64,000 nt of DNA from positions 64,001 to 128,000 of IMG/VR virus record IMGVR_UViG_3300025121_000776; one strand, written 5' to 3'. Of this stretch, positions 1-10,102 are shown piece by piece (the first letter of the stretch is position 1; each line of letters starts with the position of its first letter). The notes under the pieces were generated by a model. That model saw nothing but the letters and a program-made list of their open reading frames with translations. It did not search any database and had not been told where the DNA came from. The stretch comes from a virus. The position numbers were made by a program, and so were the translations under genes.

Positions 1-11
1 AATAAATGTTA

Positions 12-19
12 TATATTTG
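12..19 (+). promoter_or_regulatory. Bacteroidota-type -7 promoter element TAnnTTTG (representative copy)
   Basis: Also at 5072, 19016, 28654, 36799, 37211 and 53013, and on the minus strand at 14444, 34155 and 46379, each just upstream of a gene. Confidence 0.75.
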
Positions 20-42
20 CAGAAATACTAAATTAAAACCAT

Positions 43-3000
43 ATGAAGATAGCCCAGGTTTCTGATATACATGTTCGTTTTGCGTCTAGACATCAGGAAT
101 ACCGAGAAGTTTTTGAAAGATTATATAATGACTTAAGAAAACAGAAACCAGACAGAATAGTTATTACAGGAGATTTGAATCACTTAAAAGTAAATATGTC
201 TCCAGGGTCTATTGGATTATTAACTGAGTTTTTGGTTAACTTGGTAAAAATTGCCCCCGTAGATATAATAATTGGGAATCATGACTTAAATTTACAACAG
301 AAAGAGCAGGGAGATACAATAACTCCAATATTTGACGTTGCCAATAAGTTCTCAGAATTATTTACAGAATCTGTAAAGAAAAACTCTAAAAAATCTTTTG
401 TAATTACAAGTGAAAATGCCAACTCTGTGGATTTTTCCAAAAAGGCAATTTATCTTTTTCCAGATAGCGATTTTTATAAAATATCAGACACATTGGTTTA
501 TGGAGTATATTCTTGTAAAGACAATAAAATATTAACCCTTACCAAAAAAGAACCTGGAATAAAATATATTGCTTTATATCATGGGCAATTACAAGGCGCA
601 AGGGGAGATAATGGTTATACATTAGCTGGAGATAATCTATATAACATAAACACCTTCAATAATTTTGATATAGTTATGTTGGGAGATATCCACGAACATC
701 AAGCGTTTAGAGATGATGAGAGTGTGGCTTATGCAGGGTCTCTCATTCAGCAGGATTATGGAGAATCAATAGATAAGGGTTATTTAATGTGGGATTTAGA
801 AACGAACTCTTTTCAAAAAAAACATGTTCTTAATGATTATGGATTTGCTAAAATAACAATTGCAAGAGGAGAGCTTATAGAGGAAAGGGTTGAAAATATT
901 AAATTTTCAAATGACAAAAAAAAGACAAAAGTTTATATTGTTTGGACAGATTATGAGCAAAACTATTCTATTGAAAAAGAAACTCAAATAGCTAAACTGG
1001 TCAAAGAAAAACACGGATGTGATGTTGTAAGAGTAGAATTTTCAGAAATTAAAAAAACTAAACTTGATAACGAAGATGTCGCCGACTCATTAAATCAAGA
1101 AACATTTGCTCAACAAATTGTAAATTATCTTAAAGAAACAAATCCAGAAGAAGATGATGTAATTATTCAAGAGGTTTTAAAGCTTGCTGAATTTATTGAT
1201 AGAGAGCTAGAAATAGTAGACAAAACTCAAGATATCAAACTTTGGGATGTTGATAGTATAGAAATTTCAAATATTTTTTCATTTCCAGAAAACCCAATCA
1301 TAATTAATCTTGGGCAATTAAGAGGGGTCACTGGTATTTTTGGAAAAAACTATACTGGTAAATCCAACATTGTGAAAGCCATCGTCTGGGGGTTATATCA
1401 ACATATTCTTGGAGGCAACTCAACAAGCTCAAAAAAACTTGTAAACATTTATACTTCATCAAACAAAGGATATGTAAAAATACATCTAACAATAGATGGA
1501 GAAAAATATTATATCAAAAGAGAGGTTATTACTAAAGTTGATAAATACGGAGAATCTTCTAATTCTTATCCCATAGAATTTAGAAAATTGATTATTGATG
1601 ATGATGGAAAAGAAAAATGGGTTCCCGAAATTTCTGATAAAAAGGCTAACACAAAAATAGAAGTTAAAACTATTGTTTTGGAAGCTATTAGTACCGTAGA
1701 AAATTTCACAAAAATTTGTTTACAGACACAAGGTGGCAAAGAAGATTATGTTAACCAAGACCAGCAACCTAAAAACGATTTAGTCAACAGCTTTATCGGT
1801 TTAGAGCAATTTAGAAATAGATATGATTATGGAAATAAGGAATTTAATGAAGTAAAGAAAAAACAAAAGGAGTTAGGGGATATAGTAACACTCCAGGCAA
1901 CTGTTTTAGAAATAGAAGAAAGAACTGGAAAGCTACAAACTGAATACAACGCTTTAGTTTTTGAAAAAGCTAATTCTGAAAAACTTAAAGATGAAAAAGA
2001 TAACAAAATTTTAGAATTATCAAAAAAATTAAAAAACTATGCTCCACTAATAGGAAATGAAATTGATAATGAGACAGATATATTACAAAGTATAAAATTA
2101 CTTGAAGTTCAGATAAAAGAAAACGAAGTATTATACCAAGAGTTACTTAACTGGATTTCGATAAACTTTAAAAAAGAACTTTCATTTGATGAAAATGACA
2201 CCGTTGAAAAACTTGATGGAGACTTTGCAAGAGAAGATTTTGAGTATAAAAAAGAAACCAAACAATATTATGAATTACGTGATTGGCTAAAACTCAACCC
2301 ATTAAGACAACTATCTAATATTGACGGATATGAATTAATTATTCAAAATTTAAATATTCAAATTGCTGCATTAAATGCAAAATTACTAACATATAATGGA
2401 GAGCAATGTCCTACATGTGGGCATATTACATTACAGCCAGATGTTCAAATGTATAATGAATGTTTAGATAACATAAATATACAGACTGGAATTCTAAATG
2501 GCCACATTACTACTGTTGGAAAATATCGTGAAGATTTAGCTCACAACAATAGTTTTGAGATAAAAAACTCAAATTTTCAAAGATTATATGCAACATTAAC
2601 AGCTCGAAAAGAAAAAAAAGAAGCTATACTGAAAAAAAGAGAAATAGTTATACAATCACAAGGAATTTTAGTACATAATCAAACTGTTGAAGAAAAAAAT
2701 AAGTTGGCACAAAACACAAAAAACACAATTGACATTAAAAACAAATTGATAGAAAATCTTAAAACAAATCTAGAAAAAGTAAAAGAGATAGAAAATTGTA
2801 AAAAGCATAATTTATCTACAGAACAGCAAATTGAAAAACTACAAGAAGAAAGTAAAGCATATAAATTTTCCATTTATGGTCTTTCACAGCAAATAACAAA
2901 TAAAAATGGAGATATCAGAGTAGAAAAAAACAACTTAGAAAATTTCCAAAGCAAACTCGAAGAAGTAAAAACTGCTGAAAAAACATATAAAAAATATTCT

Positions 3001-3519
3001 TTATATTTACAATCCGTTCACAGAGATGGAATTCCAGCTAAAATTATTAGAAGAAAGCTTCCCATTATAAACAATAAAATTAACAGTATTTTAAGTACAA
3101 TTGTTAACTTTAAAATAGAAATGAGCGTAACCCCCAAAGGAGATGTTGTAGAGGGGTTCTACTATAGCAGTGATAAATCTGATATGCTACCATTATGTTC
3201 TGCTTCTGGAGCTCAGAAATTCATCTCTAGTGTGGTTATAAAAGACGCATTACACTACATGAGTAATTTAATCAAACCATCTTTAAATATCATTGACGAA
3301 GGTTTCGGAACTCTTGATGATGATTTAATTTCTGGAATCGTTACAGTTATTCAATATTTGAAAAATAAATACAAAAACGTTCTTGTAATCACCCACAGAA
3401 ATGAAATAAAAGATAGTGTGAATAATATAATAGAAGTGTATAAAACAACTGAAAATATTCCACAGGAAGTTTTAGATGTAAATGAACATGCAGGTATAAC
3501 GCAAATAAACATTTCTTAG
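43..3519 (+). CDS. Mre11/SbcD nuclease - Rad50/SbcC ATPase fusion (T4 gp47-gp46-like)
   Basis: N-terminal phosphoesterase motifs DIH, GD, GNHD, HG, GDIH; Walker A GKNYTGKS; coiled coil with CPTC zinc hook; signature ASGAQ; Walker B IIDEG; H-loop ITHR. Confidence 0.93.
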   Translation: MKIAQVSDIHVRFASRHQEYREVFERLYNDLRKQKPDRIVITGDLNHLKVNMSPGSIGLLTEFLVNLVKIAPVDIIIGNHDLNLQQKEQGDTITPIFDVANKFSELFTESVKKNSKKSFVITSENANSVDFSKKAIYLFPDSDFYKISDTLVYGVYSCKDNKILTLTKKEPGIKYIALYHGQLQGARGDNGYTLAGDNLYNINTFNNFDIVMLGDIHEHQAFRDDESVAYAGSLIQQDYGESIDKGYLMWDLETNSFQKKHVLNDYGFAKITIARGELIEERVENIKFSNDKKKTKVYIVWTDYEQNYSIEKETQIAKLVKEKHGCDVVRVEFSEIKKTKLDNEDVADSLNQETFAQQIVNYLKETNPEEDDVIIQEVLKLAEFIDRELEIVDKTQDIKLWDVDSIEISNIFSFPENPIIINLGQLRGVTGIFGKNYTGKSNIVKAIVWGLYQHILGGNSTSSKKLVNIYTSSNKGYVKIHLTIDGEKYYIKREVITKVDKYGESSNSYPIEFRKLIIDDDGKEKWVPEISDKKANTKIEVKTIVLEAISTVENFTKICLQTQGGKEDYVNQDQQPKNDLVNSFIGLEQFRNRYDYGNKEFNEVKKKQKELGDIVTLQATVLEIEERTGKLQTEYNALVFEKANSEKLKDEKDNKILELSKKLKNYAPLIGNEIDNETDILQSIKLLEVQIKENEVLYQELLNWISINFKKELSFDENDTVEKLDGDFAREDFEYKKETKQYYELRDWLKLNPLRQLSNIDGYELIIQNLNIQIAALNAKLLTYNGEQCPTCGHITLQPDVQMYNECLDNINIQTGILNGHITTVGKYREDLAHNNSFEIKNSNFQRLYATLTARKEKKEAILKKREIVIQSQGILVHNQTVEEKNKLAQNTKNTIDIKNKLIENLKTNLEKVKEIENCKKHNLSTEQQIEKLQEESKAYKFSIYGLSQQITNKNGDIRVEKNNLENFQSKLEEVKTAEKTYKKYSLYLQSVHRDGIPAKIIRRKLPIINNKINSILSTIVNFKIEMSVTPKGDVVEGFYYSSDKSDMLPLCSASGAQKFISSVVIKDALHYMSNLIKPSLNIIDEGFGTLDDDLISGIVTVIQYLKNKYKNVLVITHRNEIKDSVNNIIEVYKTTENIPQEVLDVNEHAGITQINIS

Positions 3520-3531
3520 TTATTTATAATT

Positions 3532-3912
3532 ATGGACAGCAAAGAAAGACAAAAATTAGATGAAGCTACTTCTCTTGAATATCAAAAAAGAAGACAAAAA
3601 ACTAAGTTAGAAAAAAGTAAAGCGGTTGCAGCTCATCAAAAAATCTTATTACAACCCAATATTAAGAAAAATTTAATTACTTGGATAGATAAATTTAAAA
3701 ACGGAACCGTTTATGAAGGTACATTTGGAAAAGAAAAATGCTTTGAAATCAAAAGAGGTATTTTGACTTTTTCTTTAAAAACTATTCATAAAGAATTAAA
3801 AGTTAATATAAAAAGCAATTCCTCTACTGAGCTTATTAAATTACAAGAAAAGGCAAATAAGGTGCTTTGGAATAATCCAGAATTTTTATTAAAATTTAAA
3901 CCCGTCTCTTAA
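3532..3912 (+). CDS. hypothetical protein
   Basis: ORF preceded by TATTTATA at 3521. Confidence 0.7.
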   Translation: MDSKERQKLDEATSLEYQKRRQKTKLEKSKAVAAHQKILLQPNIKKNLITWIDKFKNGTVYEGTFGKEKCFEIKRGILTFSLKTIHKELKVNIKSNSSTELIKLQEKANKVLWNNPEFLLKFKPVS

Positions 3913-5025
3913 AAATTTGTTCCAAGGTTTTTTCAAATACAAGGCGTGTCTTTCTCTTTCAGTTATTGGTTGCTCCACATTTGCTTCTGGCGTTTGAGTT
4001 TCTGGTGCTTTGGTTTCTGGAGTTTGGGTTTCTGCATTTTCTGGTGCTTCAGATGGAACTTGTCCTGTTGGTTTTATTCCAGTTAAATCTATTGGTTCGC
4101 CTTGCTTTTCCCCTCTACCTTCTCTTGTGTCTCTTTCAATTTCTGCAGTATTTATATCATATTGTGAAAAAATATTCGCAAATCTTTTATCACCCTTTTT
4201 ATATCCAGGAGGATACTCATAAAAGAACTTATCTGATAACCACATGCTTTTAAAACTTTTTGGGTCTAAATCGAATAATCTCCAAACACTTTGTGGTTCT
4301 GCACTTCGTTTCCCAGTCTGTTGAGCAGCTCTTTCAGATTGTCCTGCTAAATGAAAAGCGCTTAGTTTTAACGGAACTCCACTTTTTGTTTTGTAATTTC
4401 CCACAGTTACTGGTAAAATAACCCTAAATTTAGTTACTGGCATATCTGTACTTTTATAAGAAATTCCAATCGCTCTCCCTTCTCTGATAGCCTGTTTAAT
4501 CAACCCCAAATCAAATCCTTGTGTTCTCTGCCAGCTTTTGTCATATGCTTTAGTTAGGTCATTTCGGTTGAATTCAATTGTTTCGTTGATAGCGGGAGTG
4601 TTTAAGACCATTAAAACCCCATCATCGCCATCATCAGATTCTGGAATTATAATTCCTTCACTTTCAGTAAAAGCAAAAGGCTCAATATTTGCATCCATTC
4701 CTAAATCTTGTCTTAATATATTTTCCACTTCTTTATCAGATTTAGCATTCATTAATTCATCATAACTATTTGCAAAAGTCATATATGATTGAGCTTTCAC
4801 TTTATTTGGAGTAACCCAAATTACTTCAGAGTCATCTTTAATTTTATATTTTTTCTTCCACTTATTAACGTCTCTTAAATTATAATTTTCTCTTTCTTCT
4901 ACTTCTGTTTCAATAAATTGATAAAATGGTATAGAATTTCCATGAGAATTGTAATATACTTTCTTGGGTATAATTCCAGCTAATTCCAATATTCTATTTT
5001 TGTATGACTCTGATAAAAATCCCAT
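3889..5025 (-). CDS. WYL-like domain protein, putative virion-associated
   Basis: AIREGRAIGISY...RVILPV...WRLFD resembles a WYL domain; N-terminal RILELAGI motif; TPE-rich linker. Confidence 0.6.
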   Translation of the reverse strand: MGFLSESYKNRILELAGIIPKKVYYNSHGNSIPFYQFIETEVEERENYNLRDVNKWKKKYKIKDDSEVIWVTPNKVKAQSYMTFANSYDELMNAKSDKEVENILRQDLGMDANIEPFAFTESEGIIIPESDDGDDGVLMVLNTPAINETIEFNRNDLTKAYDKSWQRTQGFDLGLIKQAIREGRAIGISYKSTDMPVTKFRVILPVTVGNYKTKSGVPLKLSAFHLAGQSERAAQQTGKRSAEPQSVWRLFDLDPKSFKSMWLSDKFFYEYPPGYKKGDKRFANIFSQYDINTAEIERDTREGRGEKQGEPIDLTGIKPTGQVPSEAPENAETQTPETKAPETQTPEANVEQPITERERHALYLKKPWNKFLRDGFKF

Positions 5026-5093
5026 ATCTAATAAATATAGAAATAAACTTAATTTTCAAATTTTTTTTTCGTATATTTGCAAAAAGGCGATTT

Positions 5094-6032
5094 ATGGTTA
5101 TAAATGACAAATTAAACAAAAATGAACAACACACAACGTTAGTAAATGAAAATAACGTTCATATTAGTTTTAGTGAATTTTCTCTCTATAATGAATGTGG
5201 GCAAAAACATTTAGTTTTTAAATATTTGACATTAGACGTACAAGAGCAATCTATACATTTATTTTTTGGAAACGCAATACATGAAGCTATAGAAATGGGG
5301 GTAAAACATAAATTAACCCCAGATGAAAGAGCTAAGCATTTTGCCGACAAATTCAAGAAGGATATGATGGATAATATGCTTCATGATAAGCAATTTAAAG
5401 ATGTTGATGATTTCATAGACCAAGGGAAAAATATTTTAAAAATTCTTGACACAGAAGTTCTTTTAAAAGGATATCAAATACACAGCGTAGAAGAACCTTT
5501 GTACGAGCAAATATATAAGAAATTTTACTTTAAAGGATTTATAGACTTGGTTGCATATAATCCGATAACTGGAATGTTTTTAATTATAGATTGGAAAACT
5601 TCGGGAGAAGAATGGAATGTTGATAAAAAGAAAAAAGATGAAATTTTCTTGTGTCAAATGAGATTTTATAAATATTTCTGGGGAAGAAAAAATAAAATTC
5701 CTTTAGATAAAATTGATTGTAAGTATGTAGTTTTAAATAGACTTAAAGATAAAAAAAATACATCTAAAGGGTTTGGACAAATACAATCAGTTGATATTAA
5801 TTCTAATGAAAATGAAATTTTAGAATCATTAACTAAACTTGGAGCAACATTATGTAACATTCATGTTTTAAAAGTTTTCCCCAAAGTTAAATTTACTGGC
5901 AACGAAAAATATCATTGTATGTTTTGTAAATACAAAGGAGGAATTCATCCCCTATGTAATTCCAAGTACAATCAATATGTAGAATTATTAAAGGAAAATG
6001 AGCAAAAAAGTTTATTGAAAATACTTAAATAA
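5094..6032 (+). CDS. PD-(D/E)XK exonuclease, Cas4/AddB-like
   Basis: GFIDLV...IIDWKTS motifs; one N-terminal Cys plus CMFC...C (Fe-S staple); ATG 5094 chosen because it follows the promoter at 5072. Confidence 0.85.
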   Translation: MVINDKLNKNEQHTTLVNENNVHISFSEFSLYNECGQKHLVFKYLTLDVQEQSIHLFFGNAIHEAIEMGVKHKLTPDERAKHFADKFKKDMMDNMLHDKQFKDVDDFIDQGKNILKILDTEVLLKGYQIHSVEEPLYEQIYKKFYFKGFIDLVAYNPITGMFLIIDWKTSGEEWNVDKKKKDEIFLCQMRFYKYFWGRKNKIPLDKIDCKYVVLNRLKDKKNTSKGFGQIQSVDINSNENEILESLTKLGATLCNIHVLKVFPKVKFTGNEKYHCMFCKYKGGIHPLCNSKYNQYVELLKENEQKSLLKILK

Positions 6033-6042
6033 AAACAAAATT

Positions 6043-6447
6043 ATGGCATATTACAGCAAAGAAGATGTAAAGACATACATCAATGAAAGCAATCAAAAGA
6101 TTGAAAACAAAGGACATAAATCAGTAACTCCTATTGAAGAGCCGTTTTCTCAATTAGACAAAGAAGAAGATGTTGTAGGTTTTTTTTGGGTTGATATTAA
6201 TGAAGAAAGTGGAACTGGAGCAAAGATAAAAATGGAAGGTAAAACTTTTATTAGAATTGATTTTAATCTTTATACAGATGATAGATTCGCAGCCGACCTA
6301 TATCAATCACAAATAGAGTCAATAACCGTTTCTCAAGTCATAAAAAATCGAATGATAGACCAAGAAAGAGCAAAAAAATCTGTTCAAAACAATAAGGAAG
6401 ATTTGGAAAATAGTATTATAGAAAAAATGACAAAAAAAGAAGAATAA
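6043..6447 (+). CDS. hypothetical protein
   Basis: ORF within a tightly packed operon. Confidence 0.75.
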   Translation: MAYYSKEDVKTYINESNQKIENKGHKSVTPIEEPFSQLDKEEDVVGFFWVDINEESGTGAKIKMEGKTFIRIDFNLYTDDRFAADLYQSQIESITVSQVIKNRMIDQERAKKSVQNNKEDLENSIIEKMTKKEE

Positions 6448-6782
6448 TGGAATTGAGTGAACTTCGCAAATTTGTTGATTTTAACGAACTTGATTTGCTT
6501 TATGAATTGATAAAAATTTCTGAATCTAACAAAAAAGATGTAGAAAAAATTCTTAAAGGGAAAAAGGAGCCAGGGATACGTGTGAGAGAATCTCTGCAAA
6601 ATGTTAAATTGTTATGTGAAATAATAAGAGACAAAATACAGATAAGAAAAAAAGCATCCTGGGGCGATAAAAGAGTTTCTGCTTTAGACAAGGCAATAGC
6701 TGAAGCTCAAAAAAAAGCAATCAAAGAAATGCAAATGACAGAAAGAAAAAGACAAGAAAGGATTGCGAGATTAAGAAGGTAA
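6447..6782 (+). CDS. Hc1/histone-H1-like nucleoprotein domain protein
   Basis: DVEKILKGKKEPGIRVRESLQNVK resembles the Hc1 N-terminal motif (GNKAAGTRARK). Confidence 0.45.
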   Translation: MELSELRKFVDFNELDLLYELIKISESNKKDVEKILKGKKEPGIRVRESLQNVKLLCEIIRDKIQIRKKASWGDKRVSALDKAIAEAQKKAIKEMQMTERKRQERIARLRR

Positions 6783-6784
6783 AC

Positions 6785-8737
6785 ATGGCAAAAAGGGAAA
6801 AAATAAAAAAAGAAGCAGAAGCTCAAGCAACTGATTATGTTAAAATAAGAAAACTAAGAGTAAATTTCGAATTAAGATACAATTACTCGAAAATACTTAC
6901 GGAATATATTAAGCGATTGCCCAAAGAACATAGAGCCGTTAGAAAAGATAGCGTCATTGGAATGGATGGATTACCTAAAGATGACTGGGTAAGAACTATT
7001 AGTGAAGTTAAAATGGGCGAAATTTTATCTTTTCTGATTGATAATAAAATAAGATTCGTTTTCGAAAATATTACTCCAGACGTATTAGAAAGACTCAGAA
7101 ATGAATATATAGAAAGGCAAAGAAAAATTGCGGAAATCTTAAGGTTAAAAGCTGAACAACTCGATGTCTCTGGAGAAGACTATTCCTTCATGAAAATAGA
7201 ACCTTATGAATATCAAAAAAAGGCTATAAAATTTTTCGAAATTAACGATGGAATTTCTATATTAGGGGACCAGCCTGGTGTTGGAAAAAGTTGTCCTGCA
7301 ATGAGTTACGCAGTAAAATACAAATTTAAAACCTTGATTGTTTGTCCTGCCACTTTAAAGCATATGTGGAGAAATGAAATTATAAAATTCACAAATGAAA
7401 AAGCATTCATTTATAAATTTAAACCAAAAAAGAAAAGTAAAACTATCGCATTTACAAAAGAAGAATCGCTTTTTCACATCACAAACTATGATTCGATAGA
7501 AACTTACATTAAACTTGAATATCGCCATAAATGTAGTGGAAACATACTTCAAGCCAAAGGGGGAATGGGAAAGTGCGCTTGGGAACAAACAGACTTGATA
7601 AAAAATTATAAAAAATGTCCTATTTGTGAAAATACAGGCTCAGTTAAATCAAGAATTACAGGGGTTGTATATTTTGATGACAAATTTGACCACGAAATAA
7701 ATCCAGAAGATTATGATTTAATCATCATTGATGAATGTCATAGAATGAAGGAAATGAAAACAACGTGGACAAAGATAATTCATAAAGCATTTGCGAAAAT
7801 TCCAAAAAAAATATTGTTATCTGGAACTGTAATTAAAAGTAGACCCTTTGAATTTTTTTCAACTTTAAGTTTTATAGACCCAGAAGAATGGAAAAACTCT
7901 CACGAATTCGGAGTCCGCTACTGCGCAGGATTTCAAGATAATTTCGGCTGGGATTACGGCGGAGCATCAAATCTTGAAGAATTGTTTACCAGAGTTTCTC
8001 GTTATTTTTTAAGAAGACTGAAAAAAGATGTTTTAACAGAACTTCCTCCTAAAACATATCTTGATATTCCAATTGAACTTGACGACAAAGAATATTCCGA
8101 ATATCTGAAATTAGAAAATGATATAAAAAAAGAGATTGTTGATGGAAAGGAAATTGAGAAAAAGGATTCTTATTTAGCTAAAATACACAAACTTAAAATG
8201 TTTACTGGAAGGATTAAAGTTCAACGAGTAAAAGAAATGATTCAAGATATTGTTGATAGCGGAGAAAAAGTCGTTGTTGTTTCTGATTATATTGAAATGG
8301 CCGAAGAAATTGCCAAAGAATTTGGGGATGCAGCAGTTTTACACACTGGAAATATGAATGACGTAGAAAAGCAAGAGTCGGTTGATAAATTTCAAGAGAT
8401 TGCTGGCATAAAAGTATTTGCTGGGATGATTATAGCTTCGGGGGTTGGTATTACTTTGACCGCAGCTAGTAAATTAATAGTAATAGGATTTCCTTGGACA
8501 CCAGGGGAATTAGAACAAATACACGATAGGATTCACAGAGCTGGTGCTACATCAGATAATATAGAAATATTAACGCTAATATGTCGAGACACCATTGATG
8601 AAGATATTGTAGATTTATTAAATGATAAATCATTCATAATTTCAAAAACATTAGATAATGTAGAGTTCAAAAGAGAAAGTAAAATAGTAGAGGAAAGCAT
8701 TTTTAAAGAATTGCTTAAAAGAATAAAAGGAAAATAG
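6785..8737 (+). CDS. SNF2-family helicase with an inserted Zn ribbon
   Basis: GDQPGVGKS, DECH, LSGT, RRLKKDV, QIHDRIHRAG; four-Cys insert before motif II. Confidence 0.92.
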   Translation: MAKREKIKKEAEAQATDYVKIRKLRVNFELRYNYSKILTEYIKRLPKEHRAVRKDSVIGMDGLPKDDWVRTISEVKMGEILSFLIDNKIRFVFENITPDVLERLRNEYIERQRKIAEILRLKAEQLDVSGEDYSFMKIEPYEYQKKAIKFFEINDGISILGDQPGVGKSCPAMSYAVKYKFKTLIVCPATLKHMWRNEIIKFTNEKAFIYKFKPKKKSKTIAFTKEESLFHITNYDSIETYIKLEYRHKCSGNILQAKGGMGKCAWEQTDLIKNYKKCPICENTGSVKSRITGVVYFDDKFDHEINPEDYDLIIIDECHRMKEMKTTWTKIIHKAFAKIPKKILLSGTVIKSRPFEFFSTLSFIDPEEWKNSHEFGVRYCAGFQDNFGWDYGGASNLEELFTRVSRYFLRRLKKDVLTELPPKTYLDIPIELDDKEYSEYLKLENDIKKEIVDGKEIEKKDSYLAKIHKLKMFTGRIKVQRVKEMIQDIVDSGEKVVVVSDYIEMAEEIAKEFGDAAVLHTGNMNDVEKQESVDKFQEIAGIKVFAGMIIASGVGITLTAASKLIVIGFPWTPGELEQIHDRIHRAGATSDNIEILTLICRDTIDEDIVDLLNDKSFIISKTLDNVEFKRESKIVEESIFKELLKRIKGK

Positions 8738-8896
8738 TATGACATAACTTCATTAGATTAATGGTAAAATATTTGTTTATAATAGAAATACGACTATTTT
8801 TATGAGATGAAACGGCTTTAATATTTTTAAATTTATTAAATTATACGAAAAATATATAAAAAAGTTGCAGTTATTCATAATATCGTTTTTTTTTAA

Positions 8897-8904
8897 TATT
8901 TATA
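8897..8904 (+). promoter_or_regulatory. putative late promoter TATTTAT[A/T] (representative copy)
   Basis: Recurs a short distance (mostly 10-30 nt) upstream of about 20 virion-type genes on both strands. Confidence 0.6.
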
Positions 8905-8924
8905 GAAAATAAAAATCTATTGCT

Positions 8925-9482
8925 ATGAAAATTAAAAAATCTTTAGTAGAACAAATAATTAAAGAAGAGGCTATAAAAATTAAAAAGCTTATTGTCCTTA
9001 AAGAAGAAAAAGAAAATATTCTTAAACAACTTAATGAGTTGTATGAAGAAAATCTTAGTGAAGAGACGCTTGACGAGTGGAATCCATTTGCAAAAGCAGA
9101 CCCAGCAGCAGTTGCGGTACAAGCTCAACCTTTAATAGATGCCTTAAAAAGTCAAACTGCAAAATCTTTTTTTACTCAACTACTTAAAGTGGACCCAAGT
9201 TCAGTTGTAAATCTTATAAAAATTTTTAAAGAAAGAGTTGCATCTAGTCAAGCAAAATTAGCAAAACTTCAAGAAGCTATGCAAGTTAGTTTTGAAAGAG
9301 CTCTTGCTTATATGAAAGCAGTGGCAGCAGCTCCAATAACTACAAATCTTCAATGGGATGAAACAAAACAAAAATATACCGATTTAGCACCCGCTCTTGG
9401 AAATGCAGCTGGAGCTGTAGGTGGTTATTCACAAACTAAGATAACTCCACCACAAGCTAATCCAACCCCACCACAAGCTTAA
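8925..9482 (+). CDS. putative virion/head protein
   Basis: N-terminal LVEQIIKEE helix; late motif at 8897. Confidence 0.55.
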   Translation: MKIKKSLVEQIIKEEAIKIKKLIVLKEEKENILKQLNELYEENLSEETLDEWNPFAKADPAAVAVQAQPLIDALKSQTAKSFFTQLLKVDPSSVVNLIKIFKERVASSQAKLAKLQEAMQVSFERALAYMKAVAAAPITTNLQWDETKQKYTDLAPALGNAAGAVGGYSQTKITPPQANPTPPQA

Positions 9483-9488
9483 TTAAAA

Positions 9489-9520
9489 CAAAAAAAGAAG
9501 GAAATGTCCTTCTTTTTTTG
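9489..9520. terminator. bidirectional intrinsic terminator
   Basis: Perfect 14-bp stem CAAAAAAAGAAGGA / TCCTTCTTTTTTTG between convergent genes. Confidence 0.85.
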
Positions 9521-9534
9521 TTTTATATTGTCAG

Positions 9535-9951
9535 TTATTCTTCAGAACAAATTTTTAGACATTTGTCAATATTTTCTAAAAATTCTTTTTCACTTCCTTT
9601 TTCTGAAAATATTGTGATATACCCAGCATACATAATATTGTAAACATGTTTTTGTAAAGAAAAGGTTGCGTAAAATTTCATTATTAATACGGCACTTACA
9701 GTTGTTATTAAAGCTATTGTGGCAACTAATGTTATTCCAATAAAATTATCAATTCCAAACTTTGAAAAAGAAAAAATTGCTAGCGTTACAAATAGAGATG
9801 TTACACATATTGAGTGGCGTAAATTACTTGTAGCCTTTTTTAGTTTTTTTGAAGCTTCGCATAATGCATTAAAAACATTTCTTTTGTCACTTGCGAATTC
9901 TACTGCATTAACATCTTTTCCAAAAGTCAAATTGCCTGTAATCTGTTCCAT
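9535..9951 (-). CDS. membrane protein (two TM segments)
   Basis: Two hydrophobic stretches; CTCGTATA promoter-like motif upstream on the minus strand (9983-9990). Confidence 0.7.
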   Translation of the reverse strand: MEQITGNLTFGKDVNAVEFASDKRNVFNALCEASKKLKKATSNLRHSICVTSLFVTLAIFSFSKFGIDNFIGITLVATIALITTVSAVLIMKFYATFSLQKHVYNIMYAGYITIFSEKGSEKEFLENIDKCLKICSEE

Positions 9952-10102
9952 AACTTTTTTGTTTAATTTGTTTCTATATAAGTATACGAGAAAATTCTAT
10001 AAAAGTTACAGAATTATTAAATTTTATTTTGTAATGTCATTTTTTTTTATGTAGGAATAAAATATTAATAAAAAATACATATTTATAAAGAAAATAATTT
10101 AT

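Noticed and set aside
5094-6032. Cas4-like nuclease as evidence of a CRISPR-Cas locus
   Set aside because: No cas1/cas2 or array nearby; solo Cas4/AddB-like nucleases are common in phage recombination modules
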